NCBI GenBank assembly: GCA_051313645.2
Contig: JBNRSN020000010.1
Span: 66,650,001 to 66,714,000 of the forward strand
Reading direction: 5' to 3'
DNA length: 64,000 nt
From: Centroscyllium fabricii
Lineage: Eukaryota
In this document: piece after piece, positions 61,495 through 64,000 of the stretch
How positions within the stretch are numbered: position 1 is the stretch's first letter
Layout: every line of letters begins with the position of its first letter
Made by a program: the position numbers and the translations under genes
Notes under the pieces: generated by a model
The model's database searches: none
Seen by the model: only the letters and a program-made list of their open reading frames with translations
What the model was told of the DNA's origin: nothing

Positions 61495-63080
61495 ATAGGA
61501 TTAAATAGGATATACGGCACAGAAACAGGCCATTCGGCCCAACCAGTCCATGCCGGTGTTTATGCTCCACACAAGCCTCCTCCCGTCTTTCCTCATCTAA
61601 ATCTATCAGCATAACCCTCTATTCCCTTTTCCCTCATATGCTTGTCTAGCCTCCCCTTAAATGCATCTATACTATTTGCTTCAGCCACACCCTGTGGTAG
61701 TGAGTTCCACATTCTCACCACTTGTTGGGTAAAGAGATTTCTTCTGAATTCCCTGTTGGATTTCTTGGTGACTGTTCATCCTTTACTGATATGTATACCC
61801 TCGCATTTCTGGTATCATCGTTGTAATCTTCTCTGTACCCTCTCCAGTGCATCTGTATTCTTTTTAAAATATGGCAACCAGAACTGTATGCAGTACTCTT
61901 AAGTGTGGTCTAACCAAGGTTCGATACAGGTTTAGCATAATTTCCCTACTTTTCAATTCTATGGGGGGTATTTTCATGTCCCCGTGAGGCGGGGTTTTGG
62001 GCGGCCCGGCCGGCAAAATAGCAGAACCGGTGGGTCCCGCCCCTTCCCGCCGGATCCCCGCCGCTTTCTAATTTTCCCGCCCCCAGATTCCCCGCCCCGA
62101 AACCTTCCCGCCGCCGATCGGCGGGAATTGGTTGTCACCTCGTTAAGGGCTCTTAATTGGCATCTTTAATGCCATTTTAAGGGCCCTCAGCCATTTTGCG
62201 CTGTTTTCCGCCCTTACCCCGCCACCTTAAACCCTGCTGGGTGAAACCCAGCGGGAGCACAGCGCTGGTTATAACTTCTGGACTATAACCTGGTGTTGTG
62301 TGAGTTCCTGAATTTATTACTTTCTCCTTTAAGGTGTGAAGGACATGCTGCCAAATGCTTGGCATGCCTCCAGCACCTTAGAGGAGATAGTAACTCCGTC
62401 CTGCCTTCAGTATCAGCTGAGACCAGAAACTGAGCAATCTCAGTTCTCACAATGGCCTCACAGCTGGTGCGAGCTGTGAGGGATTCGGAGCCCGCCAGCC
62501 CAGCTGTCAGTCACCAGCACTTGGCCTTTCCCATTGGCTCCACTCCACTGTGATGTCACAGTGGAGTGTTGCCATAGGAACTGACAACAACCAGTGCTGG
62601 AACTGTCAATCAAAGTGCTCGCAGCTCCGCTGCAGCCCGACTTGATTCACCTAATTACCTCCCGCTCCCGCCGACAGGGATTTAACAGCCTCATTAACCT
62701 AAAATTGCGTGGGCTTCCCAGCTGTTTGGGCGGGCGGGACCAGAAGCCGCCCCGACCAATCCCCGCCAGGTTCCCACCCTTCCGGAAAAATTCCCCCATC
62801 TCTAGAAATAAACCCTAGTGCTAGGTTTGCTTTTTTTTATGGCCTTGCTAACCTGTGTCACAACTTTTAGTGATTTGTATATTTGTACTTCGAGATCACT
62901 TTGTTCCTCTACCCAACCTAGACTCGCACCCTCCAAGTAATAAGTGACCTCCCTATTCTTCCTACCAAAATCACGTTTATCTGTGTTGAACTTCATTTGC
63001 CAATTATATGCCCATTCTGCAAGTTTATTAATGTCCTCCTGTAATTTGTTGCAGTCCTCCTCAGTGTTGACTATCTGCAA
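61495..63080 (-). mobile_element. Degraded CR1 LINE, split by the MITE at 61963-62797
   Basis: LQEDINKLAEWAYNWQMKFN, EYCIQFW; 3' tail at ~61495. Confidence 0.85.
61963..62797. mobile_element. Non-autonomous DNA transposon, copy 2 (inverted homologue of 9944-10725)
   Basis: GGGGGGTATTTT...AAAAATTCCCCC; colinear reverse-complement similarity to copy 1. Confidence 0.8.
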
Positions 63081-63256
63081 ATTTAGAAATTATGGGGGGG
63101 ATTTTTACAAAGGTGTGTGAAGCTGACAGGTTTTGGGTGGGTCAGCTTTCTGTCCCGCCCGCCCAAGGACCTGGGAGGCCCGAATTATTTTGCCTCAAGT
63201 GGCCAATTAAATCCCCGTCGGTCTGCGCCGTTTTCAATACACACTTCTCAGTCAGA

Positions 63257-63657
63257 AAACATAGAAACATAGAAGAGAGGAGCAGGAGTGGGCTATTCAG
63301 CCCTTCGAGCCAGCTCTGCCATTCAATGAGATCATGGCTGATCATCCAAACCCAGTACCCTGTCCCTGCCTTCTCCCCATATCCCTCGATCCCTATCGAA
63401 CCTGCACCGACACATATCCCACCCTATCCCCGTAACCCCACATATTTAATGCCCCTAACACTAAGGGTCAATTTATCATGGCCAATCAACCTAACCCACA
63501 CATCTTTGGACTGTGGGAGGAAACCGGAGCACCCGGAGGAAACCCACGCAGACATGGGGAGAATGTGCAAACTCCACATAGATAGTACCCGAGGCTGGAT
63601 TTGAACCCGGGTCTCTAGTGCTGTAAGGCAACAGTGCTAACCACTATGCCACCGTGC
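63257..63657 (-). mobile_element. HE1-like V-SINE
   Basis: Near-identical in reverse to 59524-59922. Confidence 0.9.
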
Positions 63658-64000
63658 CGCCTGGGCTGTCCTTGTAGATTCTGAATGACCGAGCGGGCTT
63701 TTGATTGACCGGCCTGAAGAGTTGTCGTAGCTCAGAAACCACAATACCCGATAGACAGTTCTGAAGTGGTTGTTCTGTTTCAATGTTGACAGAGGATTGT
63801 GCCCTCACAGTCCAAAGCAAACCTTGAAACCACAAAGCAAACACTTCAAGTGGTTCACTGTTTGTTTGTGGTTTCAATGGAATGTAAACAGAAACTGATC
63901 CCCTGGGTGATTGACAGCTTGCTTCATAGACAGTGCTGGCAGTGTGATCTCTGTGAATGGCTGGGACGCAGATGAAGGTGAGTGATCTCTCCTTTTTAGG

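Overview
Eukaryotic, repeat-rich vertebrate DNA. It is most likely from a cartilaginous fish, inferred from the HE1-like V-SINEs, SacSINE/Deu-like SINEs and abundant CR1/HER1-type LINEs. The window holds six phase-compatible coding exons of an FSIP1 (fibrous sheath-interacting protein 1) orthologue on the + strand (5303..60848; the gene continues beyond the window). The introns are filled with transposable elements: three different Gypsy LTR retrotransposons (all on -), two decayed two-gene PIF/Harbinger transposons with many MITEs, Tc1/mariner (Tigger-like) MITEs, CR1 and L2 LINEs, SINEs, and Penelope-type pseudo-LTRs carrying minimal hammerhead ribozymes. Two signals stand out. (1) All three Gypsy families lack a tRNA primer-binding site. 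Each instead has a 12-13 nt segment, 1 nt after the 5' LTR, that is perfectly complementary to the poly(A)-signal region of its own LTR. The sequences differ between families but the pairing is kept, suggesting self-priming and/or poly(A) occlusion. The two with a readable RT have a non-canonical YLDN motif. (2) An optional ~120-nt multibranch RNA module with a compensatory base change lies in the 3' UTR of some CR1 copies. All family assignments come from motif recognition only; no database search was run.
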